Assembly (NCBI GenBank): GCA_963693365.1
Contig: CAVNZM010000015.1
Span: 930,001-994,000, forward strand
Source of the DNA: Amoebidium appalachense
Taxonomy: Eukaryota; Protista; Ichthyosporea
Length of the DNA stretch: 64,000 nucleotides
Reading direction: 5' to 3'
The position numbers and the translations under genes were made by a program. Each line of letters opens with the position of its first letter. Within the stretch, counting starts at the first letter, position 1. Below, in pieces: positions 1-20,487 of this stretch. The notes under the pieces are model-generated. The model was not told where the DNA came from and searched no databases. It worked only from the letters and a program-made list of their open reading frames with translations.

Positions 1-830
1 TTTTGTTTGTAGTCGATAGAACAGTTGGAAAAGAAAGTTGTTTACGAAATAAAAATGACTCGAGTCGAGTGTGCGATGTGTGTTTTCTTTTTACCCACCG
101 TGCCCGGGACAATGGGTCTTGAAGGCGCGCGGCTGCCGCGGCGGTCACACTGTCACGGTCACAACCATCCACACGCAAAAATCAAACTATAAAAAAATAA
201 ATGACTATTGTGTAAATCACCAAATATATAAACATACTAAAATTTTATAATGCACAATGTTTAAAGTCACGACAATAAATGTGACGGTTATGTAACACAG
301 AAGGAGGTATCCAATGAGATCGGTCCATGGCGCAATATGGCGCCGCGGACAACACATGAAAAGTTGAGAAGATACATAGAGAGAAACTCATTATGCTCTC
401 CTCCTACAGTAGGTGGAGTCTATTCATATATATTACAGCTATCAGATTTCTGCAATAAAGTCAAGAAACTCCGTCCTTTCTTCATGCATATGACAACTGT
501 CATCTAAACGGTGTAACTTTGGATGACGCGCGGGCCACCCGGCGCGCTGGCGCACGCCTCTTAATAAATTCCATAGCCCCCCTAGAATGTGGACGTAAAT
601 CCCCCTACACCCCCCTAGATAGTCAGGGGTGATGTTACGCGATTCAGGTGTGTGTACACGTGCACACGCAGTCACAAGTTTCGTTTAGAGAGAAAATAAG
701 TTGCACAGAAACAGAAAGTAAGGGGCCAAGGATTAGAGCATTATTTAGGTGTTGAGAGGAATTAAAGGGCGTGGTTGCGCGTAGTTTGGGTTATACGTAG
801 GGTCTGTAGACGGACGTCCTTAAGGGGAAA

Positions 831-966
831 ATGGGGAAGAAGTCAGGGAAGAAGCGTGCGGCGGAGGGCCAGCAGGGACCGGCCGCCGTTCCTGCCAAGA
901 AGCAGAAAACGTACGTACTTCGTTTTTCTTTGGATTCATGCAGTCCATACTCACCCCCTCCCCCCT

Positions 967-997
<31 letters not shown>

Positions 998-2070
998 CCC
1001 CTCTCCGCTCCTCCCCGCCCTCGGGTCTTCCGGGTCCCGCACAAACCGATACACACGCACTATCCCTGGTCTCCCTTCCCCCGCTCACCACACACACAGA
1101 CACACACGCTATCAGCTTCCCTGCTTCCTTCCCCCCCCTCCCCCCGTCCCCACCTTTCTCCCTCCCTCCCCCCCACTCCGCATCCGCACGCTCTCTCTTT
1201 CAACACGTTCCATTCTACAACGCTGTTAACTCCGCACTTTGGCATATAGCTCCTTCCCCCCCCCCCCCCCCCCCCCCCTCCCCCCCTTTGGTTGCTAATC
1301 CCATGATGCTGTTCCTGTGGGACCATGTTGTGCCTGTTTCTGTTTTTTGCCACCATCCCCAGTAGGTTTTATGCAAGTGAGGTGGGAAGTTGTTAACCGT
1401 TTCTGTTACTTCTTATGCAAATGCCTTACAGTGTGTGTTCAATAGCATTCGTAACACAGGCGGAGTGTGTGTCAGAGTGAAGGGGAAGAAGGAATTGTTT
1501 GGTGACGTTTGTATATGGAGGTCTGTGTGAGTATAAGACAGGAAGACGATAAGTGAAGATTGAATAATATGGTGCTGTGCGTATGTGTGTGTGCATAACC
1601 GGCGGGAGAGTGGGAGGCGGGGGGTGGGGAGAGAGAGCGGGGTGGGGGGAGGGGGGAGTGAGGGGAGGGGGGAAGGGGGGGAGGATAAAGAGAGTGGGTT
1701 GGGGGGTGAAATACCGTAAATTGGAAGTATGTTGTTCTGGCTGTGTAAAGAAGGAAATCGCAGGACATTCTGCATTTACTGAAGGTACTGTGTGCAGAGA
1801 GGAGGCGGTGCAGACACCAAATGAGGGAGGAGCTGCCCCGCAAATGGACAAACAAACAGCGTGTGCTCGTGTTCTGTGCACGTGGCATTACGTACAGGTA
1901 TGTGTGTGGGGCGGTGGGGGGGGGGGGGGGTTGTATAGGTGGGTGGGTGGGTGTGGATGTGGGTGTGTATGTTGCGGGCGCGCGGGTGTGTGGGTGCCTG
2001 TTTGTGTGTGTGTGTGTGTGTCTGTATGTATGTATGTGTTGTGTGTTTTGGGGGGGCTGTGTGTGTGTGT

Positions 2071-2107
<37 letters not shown>

Positions 2108-2528
2108 CTGTGTGTGTGTGCATTGCGTGTCTGTGTGTGTGTGTATATATTTGGGGGGGCTGTGAGGGGGTACGTGTGTGTGTGTCTGTCTGTGTGTCTG
2201 TGTGTGTTCCGGAGGGGAAGGGGGGGAGGGGAGAGGAGGGCTTGTGTGTTGCGTAAATGGATGGGTGGTTGGGTGTTGGATGGGCCGGGTCGATTGGGAA
2301 TATTAATTGTCGGTATTTGCGTGAGTGAGGTTTTTGGAGACGTGGCAGCATGCCCACGTGTGTGTGTGTGTCTGTGACACTGCATGCACCTGTATGTGTG
2401 TGTGCGGTTTGTGTGTGGTCCCATGCCTCCCCCCCCCCCCCCCCCCCCTCCCCCACCCACCCCACCCTAACCCCTCCCCCCTCACATACACGTGCTTACC
2501 GTCTCACTGTTTAGAGTCAAGTCCTCCC

Positions 2529-2559
<31 letters not shown>

Positions 2560-3103
2560 AAAGTGAAAGTACGCCCTTTCACAACTCCTATTCTCCTTGG
2601 CAGCCCCTGTTGCAATTTTTCGAAGATTACAACACCGTCCTATCTGTTTTGCCCCATTTGTTCATGGATTTTCACGGCTATCCCCGGTATATCCCTAACA
2701 TTTTGACTGCAGGACACGCCACCTAATGAATGATATGCGCACTCTGATGCCCCACTGCAAGCAAGGTCCGTAACATCACATCCCCTCCCCCCCCCCCCCC
2801 CTCCCCCCGCACCCACAACGACACACACACGCGCTCCCCTGGCCCCCTCTCCCCACCCTACCCCTCCCCTACTCCCCCCTCCTTACCCCTTCCCCCCTCC
2901 CCTTCCCTTTTCGAGTTTGCTCCCTACTGTTCTCCCCCCTCCCCCCTCCCCCCATCCCTTATCCTCCCTCCCCTCCCCTCCCCTTCTCCCTTCTCCCCCC
3001 CCCCCCCCCCCTATTGCATACTTGAATGTTTGTTTTGCATGTGTCCTGCACTATGCTTCTCATCGTGTATGCGTACTTCGTACCGTGTTCCACATTCGAC
3101 CCC

Positions 3104-3134
<31 letters not shown>

Positions 3135-4034
3135 ACACACCCTCTTTTGCTCCGTGCAATTCTGATCTTCATCCCTCTCCCAGTCCTTCTCTTTTCTCCT
3201 TGTGTCAATCCCCCCCCCCCATATCCCTCTTCCTCTGCTTTTCTCTCTCATTTGGCTCTCTTCCTCTCCCTGCCTGGCTTTCCCATCCTGCACCCCGTTC
3301 TTCTCCCCCTCTCCCTCCATCCTTCCCTCCCGGGTTGCCTCTTCCCCTCTTCCCCTCTCCGTCCCCCCCCCCCCACACACACACACACACTCCTCCTTCC
3401 CCCCTCCCTCCGCTTCGCTATCTCACTCTCCCTCGTTCCCTTCCACTCGCTTCCGCTCTCTTCCCCCTCCTCTCTCTTCTCTCTCGCTCCCCCCCCCCCC
3501 CCCCCCCCTTGAGAATGGGCGCTGCTGATTATGCATACTCTTTATGTATGTTTTGCACTCTGCGTCGTGTTATCCGTTGTGCATGTGTACTTCGTACTTT
3601 ACGACACATTCAACCCCCTCTCCCCCTCCCCCCCCCTCCCCCCCCCCCCCCCCCTCCCCCTCCCTCTTCCTTCTCCGTGTCCCTCTCTTCCCCATTTTGG
3701 CATGTCATCTGATGTATTTTATTTTTTTAATTTCAAACTGTTTACTTACGTATAAAAATTTTATGTGCAGATGTCAAGATGGATCGCAAGGACAGCCTCT
3801 ACGTCATCAACGAGGTCACCGAGTTGAGGCACTGCAACGGCTGCGTGTTTTTTGAAATGCGCAAGAAGCAGGGTAGGGCCAATCGGACGACCCCGTTAAA
3901 ATTCAATGCATTTTAATGAGCATGGGCGATATACCAATCGGAACAGTCTTGAAGTTTTTGGAAAATGGGAGATGATTTTGTTGAGATTGAAATATATGAA
4001 AAACAGAAAGGGAGGGAGGGAGGGAGGGAGAGGG

Positions 4035-4073
<39 letters not shown>

Positions 4074-4133
4074 GGGGGAGAGAGAGAGAGATAGAAGAGG
4101 TTATTGAGAGAGAGACGGGGGGGAGAGAGAGAG

Positions 4134-4183
<50 letters not shown>

Positions 4184-5100
4184 GGGGGGAGGGTGGGGGG
4201 AAGGGAGCATGTAGCCAAGCAAGTCCATAGGAAGTTATGCATGTACCCATCCTAATTGGCTCCTTTCGTCCAATCAGATGCCTTCATGTGGGTGTCCAGA
4301 ACACCAAACGGGCCCAGTGCAAAGTTCCTCGTCGAAAACGGTACCCCCCCCCCCCCCCCCCCCCCCCCCCTCCCTTCCTCTTCCGTCCTCCTCACCCTCC
4401 CAACCCCCACCCCCTCTCTCTCTCTCCCCTCTCTCTCTCCCCTCTCTCCCTCCCCAACCTCTCTTCATTACTCCCCCTCCCCCCCCCCCCCCCCCCCCCC
4501 CCCGCCTCCCTTCCTTCTCCCCCCCTCCCCCCCCCCCCCCAAATCTGTCTTCCTTCCTCCCTTCTCCCCCCCTCCCCCCTCTCTTCCTTTTCTCCCCCCC
4601 CCCCCCCCCCACCCACCTCTAGTCCTTCCACCCCCCTCACCCCTCCCCCCCCCCCCCCCCGTCCTTCCTTCCCCTCCTCCTCCCCCGTCTCTCTTCCTGC
4701 GCCCCCCCCCCTCCCCCTCCCCCCCCCCCCCCCCCCCCCCCCCCCCCACCACATCCGGACATTGTACACACACGTGTGCACGAAAGCAACCCCAAAACTG
4801 TCCCCCTCTCCCCATCCTGACTCCTTCCCCTCACGCCACACACACACACACACGCACACGCACACATGAACATACATACACACACACACCACACACAAAC
4901 ACAAGTTACAAGGAGATGGCATTGAAACGCACACAGACACACAGACGAAAACACTCAAATAAGTACCACACACACACACACACACAACACACACACACAC
5001 ACACACACACACTCACTCACTCACTGACTCACTCACTCACTCACTCACTCACTTGCTCACCCGAACACGCTCACAAGCACAATGCAGGCGTGCGCGCGCG

Positions 5101-5145
<45 letters not shown>

Positions 5146-5163
5146 ACTCACAGACATACACAA

Positions 5164-5194
<31 letters not shown>

Positions 5195-5233
5195 AAAACA
5201 CACACACACACACACACACACAATTACTTACAG

Positions 5234-5281
<48 letters not shown>

Positions 5282-5346
5282 ACTCACAGACATACACACA
5301 CACACACACAGACACACACAGACACACACACACACAATTACTCACA

Positions 5347-5442
<96 letters not shown>

Positions 5443-5574
5443 GCACACCATGGATGAGCTTAAGCTCACAGGAAACCACCTGAAGGGGTCCCGCCCTCTT
5501 CTCTCGTTCGATGCAAATTTCGACTCTGTCCCCCACCTCCAACTGCTGAAAGAGATGTTCTTGCAGGTGTGCAG

Positions 5575-5609
<35 letters not shown>

Positions 5610-6026
5610 ACGTCCCCGTGAAGATGGGATCTCCCTGTTATGCATACTCTTTGTGTGTGGTTCGCGCTCTGCATCGTGTTGTCCGCTATGAAGTGTGGTT
5701 TGTGGTGACTGCCTACATAGTACTCAAAATGCATTCTAACCCCCCTCCTTCCCCCCTCACCCCCCTCCCCCCGTCCCCTGATCACCACCACCACCACCCA
5801 TTTGCCCGCCCACCCACCCTCCACCAACACACCTACACTCAAGCATCCGTGTGTGTTCACACATGCCTGCGTACCATCACCACCCGCTCACAGACACACG
5901 GATGCGCGCGCACACACACAGACATGCACACACAAATTGTTTTTACCTTGTTTTACAACATCCTAGTCAACTTGTCCTGATACATCCGGAAAACAAAAGT
6001 GTTCACTTCTCCTGTGTATAAAGTTC

Positions 6027-6060
<34 letters not shown>

Positions 6061-7057
6061 ACCACCACCACCACCACCACCACCACCATCCCCCTCCCCA
6101 CCTCCCCACCTTACACCCCAATGACACTCGTGTAATGTCTGTCTGCAACACCAACATTCCTCTCTTTTTTCGTGTTGTAACCCCCCTTTTTTCCCCCTTT
6201 AGACGTTTGGTACTCCCTACCACCACCCCAAGAGCAAACCATTTGTGGACCACGTCATGACATTCTCTGTTGTCGACGACAAAATCTGGTTCCGAAACTA
6301 TCAGGTTTGGAGAGCCCCCCCCCCCCCCCCACACACACACACACACACACCCACCCCTCTGCCCTTCGCCTCCGCCCTCCCCCTCCTCCACCTCCCCCCC
6401 ATTTATGCATACTCTTTATGTGTGGTTTGCACTCTGCATTGTGTTGTCCGTTATGAACGTGTACTTAATTCTCTCTAACACATTCTAAACCCCTCCCCCC
6501 CCCCTCCCCCCCCCCCCCCCCCCCCCCCCTGCCTCCCCTCCCCCCTTCTCCTCCTCCCCCTCCCCCCACCGCCCCTCCCTGTGGTAGAATTCTGGACACC
6601 CTCTTTTTCTTCTGGCAGCTCAAACCTATGTAACTGTTAAACGTTTTTTAAGCTCTCACTCACGGGAATCTTGAAGAAGCTTTCTTTTAGGCCGATTTAT
6701 GGTCACCGCTCTTTCGTTCTCGAGTCGGGCCAAATGCTGTCTGATGCGCACCAAGCCAGTCATATGGCATGTATCCCACTCGGGTCTGACCCGGCCCGGA
6801 TACCTAGAAGCAACTCCCTTTAATGAGTTGTCTTCTGCACTGCTTTTTCCACCCAGACTCCGATAGATGTAATTACATGATCAAACACATGCACATGTAA
6901 GCGCACACGTCCATGCTGGCACACACTTCAACGCACACACACACACATGCACACATGCACACACACAGACACACACCACACACACGCAGCCACACACTGT
7001 CACGCATACCCACCCACAACCACACCCACCAACGCAACCATATACTCGCACGCACAG

Positions 7058-7121
<64 letters not shown>

Positions 7122-7336
7122 TACCACACCTTCTCACTCACACCTACCCACACCCACCAACACCTACACGAACCCCCCCCCCCCCCCCTCCACCCCTCCA
7201 CCCCCCCCCCCCCACCCCGTCCACTCAACCACCCACACCCATCACCCCCATCGAGCCACCTTGAACCCCACACACACCAACACCCACCCACCCACTCAAT
7301 CTTCCCCCCTCCCTCCCCCCCCCGCCCCCCGCCTTC

Positions 7337-7412
<76 letters not shown>

Positions 7413-7625
7413 ACACCCACAGATTGTGGAGAGTGGTGTAGGCAAGAAGCAGGAGACCACTCTAGTTGAGGTTGGGCCTCGCATGGTTCTCAATCTTGTG
7501 CGCATATTCAACGGCAGCTTCAGCGGTGCAACCCTCTATGAAAACCCCAAATACACGTCACCTAACGAGGTATGGGGCAAAACCAATTTTTATTCCTTAT
7601 TTTTTATATTTTTTGTTATTACCTT

Positions 7626-7661
<36 letters not shown>

Positions 7662-7888
7662 GATTCCGGTGTTTGTGGTTAGCTTTTTGTGTTACCGTGT
7701 TGTAATGTGCTTGCCTAACGGGGTACATATCGTGCAAACCATTTTTTTAGTTAGTTTTTTGTTTGTTTGTGATACCAATTCATCATCTGTTTGCTTCACG
7801 CTCCACTCTGCTGCAACCATTGGTGGTGTGTGTTTCCTTGTTTTCCCTCTTTCTTGCTGATTTATTTGGCCATCGGAAAATCTTTTTT

Positions 7889-7938
<50 letters not shown>

Positions 7939-8301
7939 AGGGTAAAGAAAAAAATGAGGAAAGAAATGAAAGAACAGAAAAGTAAAAATAAAGGGAAGAA
8001 AGATGAAACACGTGCAAACGAACCCACCTAGCCCACACTCTAGGAGAGCGAGGGAGGGAGGGGGAGGGGGGGAGGCGGGGGGGGGGGGGGGGGGGGGGGG
8101 GGGGGAGAGAGAGAGAGAGAGAGAGGAACACATGCACACGCACCACTAACCTACCCTTAAACACTTTTGCAGACACGGCGTGCGGTTAAGGAGGCCAAGG
8201 GCTCCAAATACGTCATACGTAAGGCAGCACAGGAAGAATACGAGGAAAAGGCAAAGAACTTCGAGCTGCCGAAGGACGAGCTGGAGGAGGTCTTTGCGTA
8301 A
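831..8301 (+). CDS. BRX1: Ribosome biogenesis protein BRX1 (Brix domain), 9 exons, ~294 aa
   Basis: Phase-consistent GT-AG exons 831-910, 1814-1897, 2713-2765, 3771-3872, 4278-4340, 5442-5566, 6203-6304, 7423-7569, 8173-8301 (885 nt, TAA stop). The translation has Brx1 hallmarks: WTNKQRVLVFCARGITYR, RHLMNDMRTLMPH, NGPSAKFLVENVHTMDELKLTGNHLKGSRPLLSFD, HPKSKPFVDHV, IWFRNYQI, LVEVGPRMVLN, GSFSGATLYENP. Confidence 0.95.
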
Positions 8302-8548
8302 ATGTCATGCATTTTGCCCTTATTTGGTCATATGGCTGGCCATGTGATTGGGTGTCGGGTGTCGTGTCGGTGGTGTGGTATTGGTTTGATTGATTGGTTG
8401 ACACGTGTAACTGATGCAAACTTTGTGTGTGGGTGGGTAGGTGTGTGTGCGTATGTTTTTTCCATTCCGCGTTTCAAGGGGGAAGGGTGGGGGGTGGAGT
8501 GGGGTTTGGGGGGGAGGGAGGGGGGCAGGGGGGATTGGGATGGTGGTT

Positions 8549-8613
<65 letters not shown>

Positions 8614-9253
8614 ATTATGCAGGAGTTATATTTATGCAGGAGTTATATTAGTGCTTCAGTGGAATAAGGGAGTTGGACCATTATTTAATGCTTTAAGATT
8701 TTGGCCTAACTTCATTTCTTGCCCGGGATAGTGGTTAAAAAAAAACGTTAAGCGCAACCTCCCTCCTCTCCCCCCCCCCCCCCCCCCGGGCCCCCCTTCC
8801 CGCCTCCCCCAGTGTAATCTTTCTCTTTTTGGGTCCTTTACCCTGCTCTCTAATCATAACCTGGGGGTACTGTCTGACTGTTGTATTGAAATTCTGGTTT
8901 TTTATGTTGAGATCTGGGTTTTGTCTTGAAATTCCGGACTTGGCACACCGGTGATGGTCTACCATTGCATACCTTCATTTGCTTTCAGATGGGGATTCTG
9001 CGTGGGCCATTTCAGGTATGGTCTTCATAATTTGGTTTAACGTTTTCGGTTTTCTGTGAGAATTTCCGGTTCGAGGAGAACAATGGACTGTTTGTACAAG
9101 GAAATTTTCGAAAATTGCCTTTTGATAAGGCATACATATGCATATTGACATCCCAATTCAACGATATAACAAGAGCAATTACATATAACTGATCTTCGCA
9201 TCAAAAACGCAAGGTTACCAACCCAACCCAACCCCGCTCCCCCAGCTGGCCAG

Positions 9254-9292
<39 letters not shown>

Positions 9293-9815
9293 CCCCGCGT
9301 CTGCCCTAGGCCTTTTCCTAGTACTGGGTTACACGCGTGACACACACGTACGTGTGTCAATGCACCTACACACATGTACACACAAGCTTCTGCACACCAT
9401 GCGAGAGATCTTAACACACACGCTAAGTTAAATGGTCAGACATCAACGTGTGTGCCGTAACACCGAGTGACACGAGTCCTCTTAGCTGTTGCCCGCGCAG
9501 TGTCACGCTATGATTCACAGAACACACACACGTACACACACACATGTGCGCACAGACACACGGAAGCACATGCGTATGCACACCGTGATACACAAACACA
9601 CACACACATGCACACATCTACACACACAGAGGAGAGCAATCTCTAGGGAAATGGGGGGTTTACACACTTTTTATTGCGTGGACACTGCCGGAGGCCCAGC
9701 CACATTCGACGGCCTACTGCGTTTTCCAGCGCAGCCAATCAAATGCAGCCAGTGACATATGTACATGCTAGGCAACAATGAGCGCCATCGTAGTATATGA
9801 AACCCCTATTACATA

Positions 9816-10604
9816 TTATGGGTAAGCAGAGGCTAGCATCGGTAGCTCCGAAAGAAAGTTAAGGCACCGGATCACAATATCATACGTATACTGTGCAGCA
9901 TTAATAAGGTGATCTAGGATAGTCATCTTAAAACGGATATATTGAGGAAGAGAGGAAGAAAAGAGAATAAAACCGCCAATAACCTCCGGTTCTAATACGT
10001 TAGCTAACAGGTTGCACTTATTGATAGATACGCAGCCGCGAGTAAACCGCCCCCCACACATATTACACATACGAGCAGGAGACACCAGAAACCGATTACA
10101 CCGCCAAGCCATAATCATCTTTGCGTTTTTACACCACACCACATTACGAATAAAAGAATCTATGTATGAACGAGACTCTCTAACCGTATCCGCCATATAG
10201 GCTACTAGTAGTTGGTGTTGTTGCGGTCCTAACACCGGAAGGGACTCAACACGTAGAGTAAAAAGATATCTATCAGCCATAGACCTGAAACTATTCATAT
10301 TCACACTATGATCTAGCCGTACCTCCGGTAGGGTCGCCAGCCATTCCGCATAACGCTCGGCAATGGGCAAAGACGATGGGGAAAGGAAGAGGTAGAGGGG
10401 CGAGTCCGGCGGGGATGCGTGTAGCCGGAAGAGCGGGTGGTCCGGGGCACAAGCGGACAGGCGGGTGATGTGCTCGTGAAATTTAAGGGCTAATTCGTGT
10501 ACGCGTTGTGATGGTGGTGTGAGTGCGTAGAGAGAATCAAAAAGGCGTCTCGGGATAGGTGTGGAAAGACCAGTGAGAAACGTACAACAAGTTGTGTAGT
10601 GAAA
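9816..10604 (-). CDS. Hypothetical protein; ~260-codon microsatellite-free open frame, start not determined
   Basis: The track ORF 9816-10370 stays open upstream to 10604 (in-frame TGA at 10605-10607). Amino-acid composition is ordinary and includes CNMCGG. I could not find a convincing ATG or a phase-compatible upstream exon. Confidence 0.3.
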   Translation of the reverse strand, partial: FHYTTCCTFLTGLSTPIPRRLFDSLYALTPPSQRVHELALKFHEHITRLSACAPDHPLFRLHASPPDSPLYLFLSPSSLPIAERYAEWLATLPEVRLDHSVNMNSFRSMADRYLFTLRVESLPVLGPQQHQLLVAYMADTVRESRSYIDSFIRNVVWCKNAKMIMAWRCNRFLVSPARMCNMCGGRFTRGCVSINKCNLLANVLEPEVIGGFILFSSSLPQYIRFKMTILDHLINAAQYTYDIVIRCLNFLSELPMLASAYP

Positions 10605-11241
10605 TCATCTATTGATTTGAGGACATTAGTAACAGTATCTAGAGAAATATATGCCATATTATTGCAAGACAGACAAACCCGCACACACACACCATTATAG
10701 TACCTACACATGCACACCAAAACACGCAGAAGTTGATTACTTGTCCCCACATGTAACCCATGGAACACAACCACAAGAAACATTCAAACACCATTCGTTT
10801 ATTATTCGGCCTGTTATCTGGCTTATATCGAACACTATCTCGTATCCAAACTATCACATTAATCATGCTCTGGCGAATCCCGGCCATATAAAAATACATT
10901 TTTAAGTAATACCCCCTCTGACGGAAATTTCACAGCACCAACCTCATAGAAAATTATCCTACCTCGGGAGTCAGTTCGGGCACTGCCACTGCAAACTGCT
11001 TAATCTCAACGGGTATACCTGAGATATACGCAAAAAAAATTCAAGCAAAAATAAAATAAAGCTTTACCAGCATCTTGCATCACATGATAAATATTCGAAC
11101 AACCGTCGATTATGTAGGTCATAAGCCCAGGATACTCATAATAGCGGGTATACTATATTAGAACACCATGCTCCACAATCGACCACCTTGTTTTACATTG
11201 ATTTCTCTGAAGAAATCTAATGAAATACCCCCCCCCCCCCC

Positions 11242-11277
<36 letters not shown>

Positions 11278-11452
11278 ACATCCTTCTCATTCTCTCAAAC
11301 CTCTCTCTCTCTCTCTCTCCGAGTGGCCCCTCAGAGCTGATCGACTTGCCAACTTTAATATTTACCAGTCCTATCATAATACATCGTTAACTCTTAAGTA
11401 TGCCATTATTACGCGTGCAAGACCATAATATTAACAAGTGAAAACGGTTGAG

Positions 11453-18374
<6,922 letters not shown>

Positions 18375-19170
18375 TTTTGTTCAAACCGACATAGCAACCG
18401 AAATAAAAAGCTTTCAGAAAGCATAGAAAATTGATTTGGTTCGGCTATCCCAAAATTGCACAAGCAGGTCCGAGACGTGCTGTTTATAAAAAGAACAAAA
18501 AGCTTAGCCCCCTGTTCGCATCTGATGTTTTTGTTTGGTTGAGGATTTGGATTTGCGCCGGTCTAATGGTGATGGACAGCTGACTGTAAACATTAGCTGA
18601 AAAGCGTGTTGTTAAACCTTTGTCGTCTCTTTTGTCTATTCCAGGGTATACGTATGGTACACGTATTAAAGTAAATCACAAACAACAAACAGTAACAAAA
18701 CAGGTGAGTTTGGTTTGGCCTTTTTTTTTATTAGTTTGCTTTGCAATGATTCCCCCGTCTCAGTTTGAAATGGCAATCTCACCGCGAGGCTCACAGGGTA
18801 ATTCCGATCGGCTTGCCAGAAATAGATAACATAGGTCGAAGGGGGGTTCAAAATGACGGGGTAAACGTTTTTGCTACTCCATTTTTGACCGGTTCACTGA
18901 TGTACTCCCTATTATCTAATACTAAACGGCGTCTCAGGTTGACTTTTAGCCCAGATTCCGGAAATTGATTGGGCTTGGGTCCGACTTTGGCTACTCCAAA
19001 ATCCCTTCTATTGCAATGAAACGGACTTAAAAATTGTACGAATTCAATGTATGTAAACATAAGAATACACGAAATTAGAATTTTATAGATACAATACAGC
19101 AACGAATAAAAAAAAGACAGTACCAAAATCCAGCCGCCTACCGCGTACGTGTCGGGGCTTCAAAATGCTT

Positions 19171-19408
19171 AGCGGGAATAGGTGATGTACCGCACATTGA
19201 ATAACAGAACCAGCTTTCAAAATGGACCCGCAATCATTCTTCCGGTACAATTGATTTCGTTGATTGCAACCAACATTGCCATCAGGGCTTTAAAATATAT
19301 TGCGGAAATAAGTGATGTACCGCACATTCAATACAGAGTCAGATTTTTGAAATGGGTCCGCCATCATCTTTCCAGTAAAAATAATTTCGCTGATTACAAC
19401 CAACATTG
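19171..19408. repeat. Diverged ~130-bp tandem duplication
   Basis: GTGATGTACCGCACATT...AATGG..CCGC..TCAT...TTTCG.TGATT.CAACCAACATTG occurs starting near 19181 and again near 19312. Confidence 0.7.
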
Positions 19409-20487
19409 GAACGCACCCGCTAATACGGAAATCGGCGAAAACTGATAAACCTTTATTCTTTTTGATTCGATAACAAAATGCTCATGTGTTTAAAATGCAG
19501 TTACCCAATGACTGTAGCTGAAAACCTTGATGGATGCATCACCGCCTTCTCCCATCAGCTAACTACAGCCAATGGATTCGTAGTTCATGCTAGCCGGAGC
19601 TGTTTCCAGTTTCCAAATTTCAGCAAAACTCACATTGAAACAATCAGTTCCTTTGTACAAACATCTCCGACAAATTGCCTGTTTCAACGGTTTGGCAATG
19701 TGCTAATGGCCCAGATCTTTTACTATTTGTCATTTTAGACACTTAATTTATCCCTCACTGGGGGATTTTTGCTTCTAAATGTGAACTGCAATTAATACTG
19801 TAAAAACCATGCACCATGACTTGCAGGAGGTCTAGGGGGTTTCAGTGATGTCTCAGCAGTCCCATAGATCACTAATCTAATTAATAATCATAATGGAGAA
19901 TGTACACAGGTATACATGATGGTGTAAGCAACCGTTACTTTCTCGTTTGATTCGACCGTTGCTTCTTCCCTACTGGTACAATCAACGGACTTTACAACGG
20001 TGTGAGCAATGCCGTTGGTTTGGCCAGCGACCCAGCAACGTGTAACCAACGGTGCAATCACTGATGATGACAATACGTGTAATCAAACGTGCAAGTAGCG
20101 CAGTAAACGTTGTATCAACGGGGCAAGGTAATGTGTAAGCAACGCATTTGATTGTTAAGCAACACGTTGATTGTACACCCACAATATACATATCCAATGG
20201 GTGAGCAACGTTGTAAGTAACAAGCAATCACTGCAGCAAGCCACGTGTAAGTAACGTCCATTCAAGTGTGTAATCACCGGCAGCGGCTACACCGACAGCA
20301 ACGCAATAAAACACACCCTTCACTGCACAGTGACCGGTGAAAGTAATGGAGGAACCAACGTGCAAGTGCAGGAGTGGGGGTGACCCGGCCCCCCCCCCCC
20401 CCCCCGCGGACCGCTTTTCACCCACCCACCCATCGTCTGGGTTCTGCTCACTTTAGATAGACACTTCATACTTCGTTTTTGTTTTAT

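Noticed and set aside
3509-3615. Intronic C/D or H/ACA snoRNAs in the ribosome-biogenesis gene BRX1
   Set aside because: The TGAGGA/TGATGA-like motif of the family has no terminal D box partner, and the same element occurs truncated in unrelated genes.
8820-9230. Possible decayed reverse-transcriptase fragment downstream of BRX1
   Set aside because: Several stops in the frames I translated and no recognisable catalytic motif; too weak to call.
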